A DNA stretch of 62,292 nucleotides from a virus. Lineage: Duplodnaviria > Caudoviricetes. Below are positions 1-9,400 of this stretch, one piece after another. The position numbers were made by a program, and so were the translations under genes. Positions within the stretch are counted from its first letter, which is position 1, and each line of letters opens with the position of its first letter. The notes under the pieces are model-generated. The model saw only the letters and a program-made list of their open reading frames with translations, ran no database searches and was not told the DNA's origin. Location: positions 1 to 62,292 of IMG/VR virus record IMGVR_UViG_3300031787_000117. One strand, 5' to 3'.

Positions 1-1
1 A

Positions 2-148
2 AGCAATTGGGGAACTGAAGAAAACCCCAAAATGCGCCTATCAATCTATCAGACCGACCTGCAATACGCGCTGATGAAGTGCATTCAAGAACAGCAGGCA
101 ATGATTGACGAACTCAAGGCCGAAGTGGCCGCACTAAAAGGAGCGTAA
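2..148 (+). CDS. C-terminal fragment of tail fibre (intramolecular chaperone / peptidase S74-like tail end)
   Basis: Own translation ...KMRLSIYQTDLQYALMKCIQEQQAMIDELKAEVAALKGA*, the typical coiled-coil end of S74 chaperone domains; 5' truncated by window edge. Confidence 0.75.
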   Translation, partial: SNWGTEENPKMRLSIYQTDLQYALMKCIQEQQAMIDELKAEVAALKGA

Positions 149-150
149 AC

Positions 151-474
151 ATGAACTGGAACATCTCAGCAATGGACGTTCGTGTCCAAGAAGGCGAGTA
201 CCAAGACGTTGTGATCGTTGTTCACTGGCAGTGCAGTGACACCCAGACCATCGACGGCAAGGAATACTCAGGCCGGGTGTACTCGACCTGTTCGCTGCCA
301 GCGCCGGAGGGTTCTTTCACGCCTTATGACCAGCTAACGCAGCAGCAGGTGCTTGGCTGGATCTGGGCTAACGGAGTGGATCAAGCGGCAACGGAAGCGG
401 CTGTAGAGGCGCAGATTCAGGCTCAGGCGCACCCCGTAGTAATTTCACCGCCCCTCCCATGGAACCAAGCATGA
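151..474 (+). CDS. Conserved phage protein following tail fibre
   Basis: 107 aa; VHW..., FTPYDQLTQQQVLGW and terminal PLPW pattern typical of fibre-adjacent proteins; AAGGAG RBS. Confidence 0.7.
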   Translation: MNWNISAMDVRVQEGEYQDVVIVVHWQCSDTQTIDGKEYSGRVYSTCSLPAPEGSFTPYDQLTQQQVLGWIWANGVDQAATEAAVEAQIQAQAHPVVISPPLPWNQA

Positions 475-629
475 ACGAAGTTACCCTGACGCTGGCGGTA
501 GAAGAAGTCAACGCGATCCTGCAAACCTTGGGGCAACTGCCCACTTCTAGCGGCGCATGGCCGTTGGTCGTGAAGATCAAGTCCCAAGCAGAAGCGCAGT
601 TGAAGTCTGAAGACGCTGCGGTACAGTAA
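471..629 (+). CDS. Small hypothetical protein (52 aa), not in ORF track
   Basis: MNEVTLTLAVEEVNAILQTLGQLPTSSGAWPLVVKIKSQAEAQ...; ATGA overlap with upstream stop; fills gap. Confidence 0.7.
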   Translation: MNEVTLTLAVEEVNAILQTLGQLPTSSGAWPLVVKIKSQAEAQLKSEDAAVQ

Positions 630-632
630 ATT

Positions 633-1142
633 GTGCTTGACCCAGTTACCCTGCTGGCTACGGCTACGGCGGTATTCAACGGCTTAAAGAAAGCTGTTGA
701 GCTTGGCCGAGAGGCAGAAGATGTCTTCGGCCAGTTGGGTAAGTGGGCAAGTGCAGTCAGCGATCTACAAGAATGGATCAACATAGAGGCTAACAAGAAG
801 CCTCCGTTGTTCAAGAAGTTGGTCTTTACGAAGTCTGCGACGCAAGAAGCGTTTGATGCTTACGCGGCGCAGGTAAAGATCAAAGAGATGGAGAAGACTC
901 TCTATCACTGGTTTCACTACGGAGAGCTTCAGCATCTGGGTCGCGAAGGGTATGTCGAGTTTGTCCAGATGCGGCGACGGATTAAAGAGCAGCGAGAGAA
1001 GATGGTGTACGAGCAGATGAGACGCAGGAAAAAGTTCATCAAGAACAGCTCTGACGCCATCTTCATAGCGGTTGTGATCGGTACAGGCGGGATCATTCTC
1101 TTCCACATCATCAAGTTCATGGTGGATCGGTGGCCGGAATGA
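633..1142 (+). CDS. Hypothetical membrane-anchored protein
   Basis: 169 aa, C-terminal hydrophobic helix AIFIAVVIGTGGIILFHII; lysis-region context. Confidence 0.7.
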   Translation: MLDPVTLLATATAVFNGLKKAVELGREAEDVFGQLGKWASAVSDLQEWINIEANKKPPLFKKLVFTKSATQEAFDAYAAQVKIKEMEKTLYHWFHYGELQHLGREGYVEFVQMRRRIKEQREKMVYEQMRRRKKFIKNSSDAIFIAVVIGTGGIILFHIIKFMVDRWPE

Positions 1143-1543
1143 ACGAGATCAAAATGCTCAAGGCTCAGGCGCAAGCCGAGCTACAGAGACTAGAGGCGGA
1201 ATCCTCTGCTAAAGACGTAGCCGGTAAGGCTATCGGCAAGCAGGGGCTGTTCTATATCACCCTGATTGTAGTGATCGGGGTGGGCGCTTCTATCGTCCTT
1301 GAGAACGAGAAGATCGCCGCCGTCATGGGTCTATTGGGTGCAGCTTTAACTGCCCTGATCTCAATGCTGAACGGTATCGCCGGGGCGAATCCTAAGCAGG
1401 AAAAGCCCGAGTTTGAAGTAATTCGGGAGTTGATTTCTAAGCTAGACCGGCTTGATCGTGCCGAGCAGCCGATGAAGGTTGACGTTACTGAGGGCCGGGT
1501 AACGGTCACGAAGGGTGACGATCAGGTAACGGCGACGAAATGA
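1139..1543 (+). CDS. Two-TM membrane protein, possible holin or lysis accessory
   Basis: Two hydrophobic segments (LFYITLIVVIGVGASIVL; IAAVMGLLGAALTALISML); ATG 1139 overlaps upstream TGA. Confidence 0.6.
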   Translation: MNEIKMLKAQAQAELQRLEAESSAKDVAGKAIGKQGLFYITLIVVIGVGASIVLENEKIAAVMGLLGAALTALISMLNGIAGANPKQEKPEFEVIRELISKLDRLDRAEQPMKVDVTEGRVTVTKGDDQVTATK

Positions 1544-1613
1544 GCTACCTGCTGACTATCGTCTTTATCCTGATAGCGGCTCTCATGGTTTTTTTAGCGG
1601 AGATAAGCCGATA

Positions 1614-2099
1614 ATGCTGCCAATCGTTGCCGGGATCGTGTCTACGCTGATCCAAAACAACCTGCCAAAAGTAGCTCAGGCGGTAGTAGACAAAGGGCTG
1701 GATTACGTCCAAGAGAAAACCGGCATGGAATTAAAGCCGGACATGACTCAGGATGACATCAAGGCTCTCCGTGATCGTGCGATGCAGCACGAAGAGTTCA
1801 TGGTCGAGCAGGCAAACAAGAACACGGCTGACGCAAGAGCGATGCAGGTTGCCGCGCTGATTAACGGCAACGGAATAAGCCGGTCATTTGTCTATGTGCT
1901 GGCTACTTTCTGGTCGTTGGTGGCGGCTAGTTATATTTTTTTGATCACGATGGTGAACATCCCCGAGGCTAACGTCAGGTTCGCCGATACTGTATTGGGG
2001 TTCATCCTTGCGACGGTAGTGGCGACCATCCTGAACTTCTTCTTTGGGTCATCCGCAGGGTCTAAGGCTAAGCAAGAGACGATTGAGAGTAAAAAATGA
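1614..2099 (+). CDS. Putative holin (3TM GTA-holin-like)
   Basis: DARAMQ motif, two C-terminal TM helices ending FFFGSSAGSK; directly upstream of endolysin. Confidence 0.7.
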   Translation: MLPIVAGIVSTLIQNNLPKVAQAVVDKGLDYVQEKTGMELKPDMTQDDIKALRDRAMQHEEFMVEQANKNTADARAMQVAALINGNGISRSFVYVLATFWSLVAASYIFLITMVNIPEANVRFADTVLGFILATVVATILNFFFGSSAGSKAKQETIESKK

Positions 2100-2635
2100 A
2101 GTCCACTTGGCATCTAGCGTTTGAGCATCTACTTCAGTCGGAAGGGGGTTTTACAGATGACCCCCGCGATCCGGGTAACAAGTTACCTGACGGCAGGCCG
2201 GGATCTACGAATCTAGGTGTTACTCAAGCGGTCTGGGAGCAGCACATCGGTCGGCAGGTAACGCACGACGAGATGAAAGCCCTGACCACAGACGATGTGA
2301 ACCCGCTATACAAGAAACAGTATTGGGACTCTATTCGGGGGGATGATCTTCCCGCCGGGATCGACTATCTGGTGTTTGATATGGCCGTTAATTCCGGGCC
2401 GGGCCGGGCGGCGATGACTCTACAAAAGTGTGTCGGGGCGAAGCCGGACGGTGCAATCGGGCCAGCTACCCTAGCAGCAGTATCGAATGCCAACCTAGAC
2501 AAACTCATTGATGACTACACTCAAGCTCGGCTAGAGTTCATGCGTAGCCTACCAACGTGGCAAACGTTCGGAAGAGGCTGGGAGCGCCGAGTCAAAGAGG
2601 TGGCAGAATTGTCGGATTCGCTAGTGCAGGTATAG
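2096..2635 (+). CDS. Endolysin, glycoside hydrolase family 108 with C-terminal peptidoglycan-binding domain
   Basis: SEGGFTDDPRDPG catalytic motif, TNLGVT, YW, FDMAVNSGPGRA, DGAIGPATL, FGRGWERR. Confidence 0.92.
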   Translation: MKSTWHLAFEHLLQSEGGFTDDPRDPGNKLPDGRPGSTNLGVTQAVWEQHIGRQVTHDEMKALTTDDVNPLYKKQYWDSIRGDDLPAGIDYLVFDMAVNSGPGRAAMTLQKCVGAKPDGAIGPATLAAVSNANLDKLIDDYTQARLEFMRSLPTWQTFGRGWERRVKEVAELSDSLVQV

Positions 2636-2637
2636 GG

Positions 2638-3351
2638 ATGAACTCATTTGTGTATTGTTGGACTGACCATAGCCAGCAAAAGCTGTACGTCGGTATGCAC
2701 AAAGGTCATGTAAATGATGGCTACATATGTTCGTCTAAATACATGCTCAACGAGTACAAATCTAGGCCACAAGACTTTACCCGCCAGATTCTTGCTATAG
2801 GTTCTTACGAAACCTGCCGTATCTTTGAGATCAAAGTCATCAAGGCGATGTTTGATCAAAAGGTGAATTGCTACAACTTGAACTATGGAGGGGTGGTTCT
2901 GCACACCCCGGAAATACGAGCAAAGATTAGCAAGACACACAAAGGCAAGACGATCTCAGAGGATCATAAAGCCGCAATCAGACTATGGAACGAGACTCAG
3001 CGTCAACTTGCCACGGCAGAAACGCGAGAGAAGATTAGTCAAGCGCGGCGTGGTGTTCCTCGCGGGGCGTTGTCAGAAGAGTGGAAGGCCAAGATTGGCA
3101 CATCTCTTGTTGGCAAAAAACGTTCGAAGGAGTTTAAAGAGGCAGTATCAGCGAGACAGCTTGGAATCAAGCGAGGCGCGTACCCAGAGTCAGGTAAAGA
3201 GAAGCAGCGTATTGCACATACAGGAAAAAAACACTCCCCAGAAACGATAGAGAAGCTACGCGCAATCAAAGCAAACATATCTGAAGAAACAAAGGCTAAA
3301 CTAAGCGCAGCCAAGAAAGCATACTGGGATCGCAAAAAAGGGGTGGCGTAA
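2638..3351 (+). CDS. GIY-YIG homing endonuclease (Seg-like) with NUMOD3 repeats
   Basis: FVYCW...KLYVG, GYICSS, YNL; basic repeats such as HTGKKHSPETIEKLR; likely start ATG 2638. Confidence 0.85.
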   Translation: MNSFVYCWTDHSQQKLYVGMHKGHVNDGYICSSKYMLNEYKSRPQDFTRQILAIGSYETCRIFEIKVIKAMFDQKVNCYNLNYGGVVLHTPEIRAKISKTHKGKTISEDHKAAIRLWNETQRQLATAETREKISQARRGVPRGALSEEWKAKIGTSLVGKKRSKEFKEAVSARQLGIKRGAYPESGKEKQRIAHTGKKHSPETIEKLRAIKANISEETKAKLSAAKKAYWDRKKGVA

Positions 3352-5450
3352 TGCTTAAAAAGTTGCAACTCCGTTCTGGAGTAAATAGAGAAAATACAAG
3401 ATACCAGAGTGAAAATGGTTGGTACGAGTGCGACAAGATTCGTTTTCGCCAAGGAACGCCTGAAAAGATTGGTGGCTGGGCACCGTTTCAGAGTCCGGTA
3501 ACAACTTTTCTGGGTGTTTGCCGGGCGCTTTGGAACTGGGTAACGCTCGGCGGTCAGAATTTAATTGCCGTTGGGACTAACCTTAAGTACTACATCAGCC
3601 AGGGCGGTGCGTACAACGACATTACGCCGATTCGGTCAGCGGTCACGCTAACTAATCCGTTTGCTACGACTACTGGTTCTCAAACCGTAACGGTCACCGA
3701 TGCAAATGGCGGTTATAAAACAGACGATTTTGTAACCTTTTATGGTGGATCTGCTGTCGGCGGCATCACTATTACTGGTCAGTATCAAATCACTGTCGTA
3801 TCGGCTACGACTTACACCATCACCGTTAGCGGCAATCCTACAACTGCCACTGGCGGTGGGACTGTCCGGGCGGTATATCAAATTAATACTGGCCCAGCGT
3901 TTGTAGAGCCTCTAAATGGTTGGGGTGCGTCAGGCTGGGGATCAGGAGCTTGGGGTATTGGACAGACTTCAACCGACCCCATCAGGTTGTGGAGTCAATC
4001 TAACTTTGGTGAAGACCTGATCTTTGGCCCCCGAGGTGGCGGTATTTATTACTGGGATGCCACGCTGGGTAGTCTCCCCCTGAGCTTTACCGTCACCATT
4101 GCGTCACCTGCGGTAGTCACTGTTTCGTCTGCCCTAATTTCAAACGGCACACCGATCCGACTTGCTACAACCGGGGCTCTGCCTACAGGGCTTACTGTTG
4201 GGACTCAGTATTACGTGGTTAACGCATCGGGTACGACCTTCCAGCTTGCTGCAACAGCGGGCGGTACTCCTATCAATACGTCAGGCAGTCAAAGCGGGGC
4301 TCATACGATTCTGCCCAACGCGCCCCTACTTTCCGCCTGGGGTGGGGCTACGGACGTACCTACCAAACAGAATTACTTGTTGGTTTCAGACATCAATCGA
4401 TTTGTGTTTGCGCTTGGCTGTAGCGAGTACAGCACGAACATATTTGATCCGATGTTGATCCGGTGGTCAGACCAAGAAGATCCGTTTAACTGGACACCTG
4501 CATCTACTAACCAAGCAGGTTTTCTAAGACTATCCAGAGGCTCTGAGATTATTAGTGCCACGCAGTCCCGTCAGGAGGTGTTGGTCTGGACGGATGCGGC
4601 GCTTTATTCTTTGCAATACGTTGGTGCCCCTATCGTCTGGGGCGCTCAGTTGGTCGGCGAAAACATCTCTATTGCCAGTGAAAACGCGGTAGCCTACGCC
4701 AACGGCGTGTCGTATTGGATGGGTAAAGACAAGTTCTACAAATACGATGGCCGAGTCCAACCACTTCGTTGTGATCTGCGTCGCTACATCTTTGAGGATT
4801 TAAACCAGTCTCAGTATCCACAGATTTTTTCTGGCACGAACGAAGGTTTCTATGAGATATGGTGGTTCTATTGCTCAGCCGGGTCAGAACTGATCGACAA
4901 GTACGTCGTCTATAACTACATGGAAGACATTTGGTACTACGGCACCATGGCGCGTACGGCTTGGTTAGATTCTGGTTTGCGCGAGTACCCGCTGGCTGCG
5001 ACTTACTCTAATACTCTGGTTAATCAGGAATTTGGCCTTAATGACAACGAAGCTGGCGTAGATTCAGCCATCAACTCTTACATTACGTCTTCTGAATTTG
5101 ATTTAGATGACGGCCATAAGTTCATGTTTGTCTGGCGGATGCTGCCTGATATTACATTCTCTGGGTCTACGGCAAACAGTCCAAAGGTAACGATGTACCT
5201 GCTCCCATTGCAGAACTCTGGATCGGGGTATTCTATTAATCCGGCGGTCAATGCTAATCACTCTGAGGGTTATTTTAGTTATGCCGACGTTACCCGTACG
5301 GCAGTGGTTCCCGTTGAACAGTTTACCGGTCAGGTTTATACACGAGTCCGCGCCCGACAGATGGCGATGAAGATCGAATCCAATGATCTAAACACGACAT
5401 GGCAGCTTGGGTCGCCCCGGATTGACATGCGGCCTGATGGCAAACGATAA
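3351..5450 (+). CDS. Tail hub / tail tubular B (P22 gp10-like) structural protein
   Basis: 699 aa beta-rich; IRFRQGTPEKIGGW N-terminus, IRWSDQED, WY.G...RTAWLD, C-terminal RIDMRPDGKR; precedes ejection genes. Confidence 0.7.
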   Translation: MLKKLQLRSGVNRENTRYQSENGWYECDKIRFRQGTPEKIGGWAPFQSPVTTFLGVCRALWNWVTLGGQNLIAVGTNLKYYISQGGAYNDITPIRSAVTLTNPFATTTGSQTVTVTDANGGYKTDDFVTFYGGSAVGGITITGQYQITVVSATTYTITVSGNPTTATGGGTVRAVYQINTGPAFVEPLNGWGASGWGSGAWGIGQTSTDPIRLWSQSNFGEDLIFGPRGGGIYYWDATLGSLPLSFTVTIASPAVVTVSSALISNGTPIRLATTGALPTGLTVGTQYYVVNASGTTFQLAATAGGTPINTSGSQSGAHTILPNAPLLSAWGGATDVPTKQNYLLVSDINRFVFALGCSEYSTNIFDPMLIRWSDQEDPFNWTPASTNQAGFLRLSRGSEIISATQSRQEVLVWTDAALYSLQYVGAPIVWGAQLVGENISIASENAVAYANGVSYWMGKDKFYKYDGRVQPLRCDLRRYIFEDLNQSQYPQIFSGTNEGFYEIWWFYCSAGSELIDKYVVYNYMEDIWYYGTMARTAWLDSGLREYPLAATYSNTLVNQEFGLNDNEAGVDSAINSYITSSEFDLDDGHKFMFVWRMLPDITFSGSTANSPKVTMYLLPLQNSGSGYSINPAVNANHSEGYFSYADVTRTAVVPVEQFTGQVYTRVRARQMAMKIESNDLNTTWQLGSPRIDMRPDGKR

Positions 5451-6107
5451 ATGACTTCCCCGATTATTCAGAAGGTTGCACCACCTGCCTTGCCCCAGGC
5501 GCGGGAAGGCTATGATCGTCCGTATCAGGATCAGCTAAATAACGTTCATCGACTGTTTTATAACCGTCTCACACAGTCATATAACGCGCTGATTAGTCCG
5601 CCACTTGGCGATGTACCGCCGGGGGGCTCGAATCTGTATTTCCCGTATGCGGCCATTCAGCGCACAACAGACCAGACGTTTACAGCCGATACGGCAACAC
5701 AGATCACGTTTGATACAAATGACTTTTTGTCAGCCTGCACTAACGATGGCACCGATGGTATCGCTGTGGAGGTCGGGGGTATCTACAACTACCAGTTCAG
5801 CGTGCAGATAAAGAACACGGATACCCAGATTCACACGGCGTGGATTTGGCTGCGGGTTAACAATATAGACGTAGCTGGCACGGCTAGTAAGTTTGATGTA
5901 ATTTCCAGCCACGGAGGCATTCCGGGGTACATCATCGCAGCGTGTAATTTCTACGTGCAGTTGGCTCCCGAGGACACCGTTGAGATGTGGGCTGCGGTTA
6001 ATAACGTAGCAGTTTCGTTTGAAGCAGAAGCGGCTCAGACAACGCCGTTTCCGCATCCTTCGATTCCGTCAGTTGTTGCTACTCTTACCTTTGTGAGCGC
6101 GGTATGA
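5451..6107 (+). CDS. Virion structural protein with C1q-like beta-sandwich
   Basis: QITFDT...GIYNYQFSVQI...WIWLRVN...LAPEDTVEM pattern. Confidence 0.6.
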   Translation: MTSPIIQKVAPPALPQAREGYDRPYQDQLNNVHRLFYNRLTQSYNALISPPLGDVPPGGSNLYFPYAAIQRTTDQTFTADTATQITFDTNDFLSACTNDGTDGIAVEVGGIYNYQFSVQIKNTDTQIHTAWIWLRVNNIDVAGTASKFDVISSHGGIPGYIIAACNFYVQLAPEDTVEMWAAVNNVAVSFEAEAAQTTPFPHPSIPSVVATLTFVSAV

Positions 6108-6496
6108 AGAGCACACAAGACATCATTAAAGAGTCTGATGAAGTCAAAGAAATGGGCATGGACTGGAAGCGTGTGTACGCAGCCGTTGCTCTATCCATTC
6201 AAAACAATACGCATCGGGTAATGCGTAGTGGGAATACGCTTTTGTGGATCAAGCTTTTGCCACAGAAGACCGCTCAGATGTATGTGTTTAACGCCGACAC
6301 GCAAAAGAACTTTTTGAAGAATATGAAAGAGTTTGCGAAAGCCTTAGACAAGTCTGGCTTTGAATCTGTGTTTGGCGAAACGCACAACATGCAGCTTATC
6401 GAAATGATGAAGCGCTTGGGGTACCCGGTTAAAGTAGAACAAGTTGGCACGGATGATCAGGGCCGAACCATCTATCGGGGTACTGTAGATGTGTAA
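6104..6496 (+). CDS. Hypothetical protein (tail module)
   Basis: 130 aa, coupled overlaps on both sides. Confidence 0.65.
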   Translation: MKSTQDIIKESDEVKEMGMDWKRVYAAVALSIQNNTHRVMRSGNTLLWIKLLPQKTAQMYVFNADTQKNFLKNMKEFAKALDKSGFESVFGETHNMQLIEMMKRLGYPVKVEQVGTDDQGRTIYRGTVDV

Positions 6497-9400
6497 TCCC
6501 AGACAAGAGTTAAGCAACGCGTTCAACACTATTACTGGATGGGTAGATAGGGGTTTAACCGGTATTGGGAAAACATTTGACGCAATTGCAAAAGATCCGC
6601 TTCCCACAATTGCCACAGTTGCTTTAACCGCTGTTGGGGTTCCTCCGTATGTAACAGCGCTAGCTCGTACCGCCATGTCTGGCGGGAACATGGAAAATTA
6701 TGTAATTAATTTAGCGACGAGTTATATCGCAACAGAAGCGGGTGCGGCAGTCGGAGATGCCGCTTTCCCAGAACTTGGGAATGTTGCAGGTTATGGTGGA
6801 GTAGGGGATGTAGCCTTTCAGCCCACGGCCACGCAGGCAATTCTCAAAACAGTGATTAGCAACGCATCTGCGCAGGGTGCTGCTGCTGTTTTGCAAGGCA
6901 AAGACTTAAATGAAGTTTTTAACTCTGCTCTATCTGGTGCGGTTGGTGGCTTAATTAATACCACTTTACGTACTGAGCTTGGCGTTGATCCCTCCAAAAT
7001 TGAAGGCAGATTAATTAGCGATGCTACCAAGGCAGCGGTTAGTAGCATCCTTAATAATCAAGATCCCGCGCTGGCTATTGGCAATGCTTTAAGCCAATCT
7101 GTTTTTGGTACGCTGGCTAACACAGCGGCTTCTGGATTGAAGTCTGTTGTAAGTGATATTAACAAAGCAGCTACAGAATTTGAAACAACGCAATCGGAAG
7201 CCAATACTTTACGCGGCGAAATAGATACTGAAAGTACTCGGCTTTCAGGGATCGCTAGCATACTCAATTCAGAATCTGCGACGTTAAACAGTACTCAACA
7301 AACTCTTGCCAATTCGTATGATCTATTAAATTTATCGGGCCAAATCTACGATTGGAGATCTAACACTGTTCATTACAACCCTGCCGTTAATACAGCATAC
7401 GCGCAGCGCATGGGGTTGGTTGAAGGTTATAGTGAGGATTTCGGAACATATTATGTAAATCCTACTACTAATGAATTCGTGCTTAGCCTTGGGCTTCATG
7501 CAAAAGATACGTTAGAAAAACAAGCAAATTATTTAAATACTAATATTCCGCAATTTGAATCAGACGTAACAAATTTTAATACAAAGCTTGCGACTTTTAA
7601 TGCTGATAAAATCAAGTTAGATGACAAAGTAGATACTTATGATGGCTATGTAACTAAGTTATTTGGCGAAGATGGAACCGGGGGGCTTAACAAAACAATT
7701 CAAGATCTGTTGGTAGATCGAGATAAGTATTTAGGAGATTTAGACAAAAGCATCACCGGTTTGTCAGAGATCGCTGGTGAAGAAATTAGTGATGTTGCAA
7801 AAGAGATCGCAACAGAAGCGGTTAATACATTAGACCAAAACTTCCGCACTAGCGATGAAGTAACGGATGCGTTTGCCAATAACCCGTTATTTGCTGGATA
7901 TAAACCGGACGCTGCGGATATTGCAAAGTTTGTTGGCGAAGGCGCTGATGCTGACTTACAAGGATTAATTAATAACTTTGTTGACGAGCGTACGTTAGAT
8001 GCCGCCGAACTGGCTGATATTGCCCAGAAAGAAGGGCTGACACTCACGCAGGATGATCTGCTTGCTTTAGTTCAACAAGGCGATGAGAAAGAGCTAACTA
8101 AGCAATTTACTGAGCAGTTTGATAAGCAAGCCGTAACGCGTGATGAAGCTAAAGAGTTCTTTGATGACATTGGCTTTGAACCATCTGATGAACAATTACT
8201 ACAGTTCATCGGTAAGCGAGATGAGTCTTCTACGTTTACTGATATAGAAGAATTTGTTACTGGGCAGCGTGAGGCTGACGCTCAGAAAGCAGGTTTCCCT
8301 GATTACGCCACGCAACAACGGTTTGATAGCGATATTGACGCATATAAGGCTAGTCAGCCACGCGCTGATGTAGTGCCTATAGGCGCTCCTGAAGTGCCTT
8401 TGACTCCGTTAACCCCCGGTTTAGGCGCAGAAGATTTTTTTGGCACCCAACCATCAACCGAGCCGTTCCCGTATACACCCGGCGAAGATGCTGAAGAGTT
8501 TGAATCGGGCGATGGCACTGTAGTCGATACGCTTACCGGCGGCTTGGGAAATGATCTGCTTGGCGGCGAGACGGATGAAGAACGCGCAGCTAGAGAAGCG
8601 CGGGAAGCAGAAGAAATTATCTACGGCGGGACTGGTAACGACACCACTGCTGGTGGCGATGAGACGGTTGAAGGTGGTGCGGGTAATGACACCGTTGCTG
8701 CGGTAGAAGATTTAGAGGGTTTCCCTGACGCCGCGACTAAAGAACAGTATCAAGGTAACTATGGTGCCTATCAAGCTGATCTGGCGCGTGTTGCTCTGGA
8801 AGAGCAGGAAGCCGTTCGCAGTGCTGAAGCTGCCGCAGAAGCAGAGCAACTGGATCGGGCCAAATACGAAGACCTGAAAGACATATTCCCCGACTACGAT
8901 ACATATAAGTTTTATAACGGGGATGTATATGCCTATCGCGCTGATCAGCAAGCAGAGCGCGAACGATTAGCCGACGAGCTTGGTTTCCCCAATGTAGATA
9001 TCTATAACCTGTATCAAGGCAACGTTGAACAGTTTAGGCAAGCCCAAGCAACCGATGCCGGGTTCCCTGATTATGTTACTTATTTAAGTTACGACGGAGA
9101 TTCAACGGCTTATCAAGATGATCTTGCATCTGCCGAAGGCTGGCCGGATGCTGCGACGCGTGATGAGTTTGGTGGCAGCAAAGAGCGTTATGCCAAACAC
9201 TTAGAAGATGAACGCGCGCTTGAAGAAAGCGGTCGGCAATATGAGATTCAACAAAAGCAGTTTAGAGATCAATTAGCTCAAGAGCGCGGCTTCCCGGACG
9301 ATGAAACGTATCAACAGTTTGGCGGGGATATAGACGCCTATCTGGCAACGTTGCCACCCTCCTTCCCAGAAGACACGCTGGGTGGCGGACAGGACGACAC

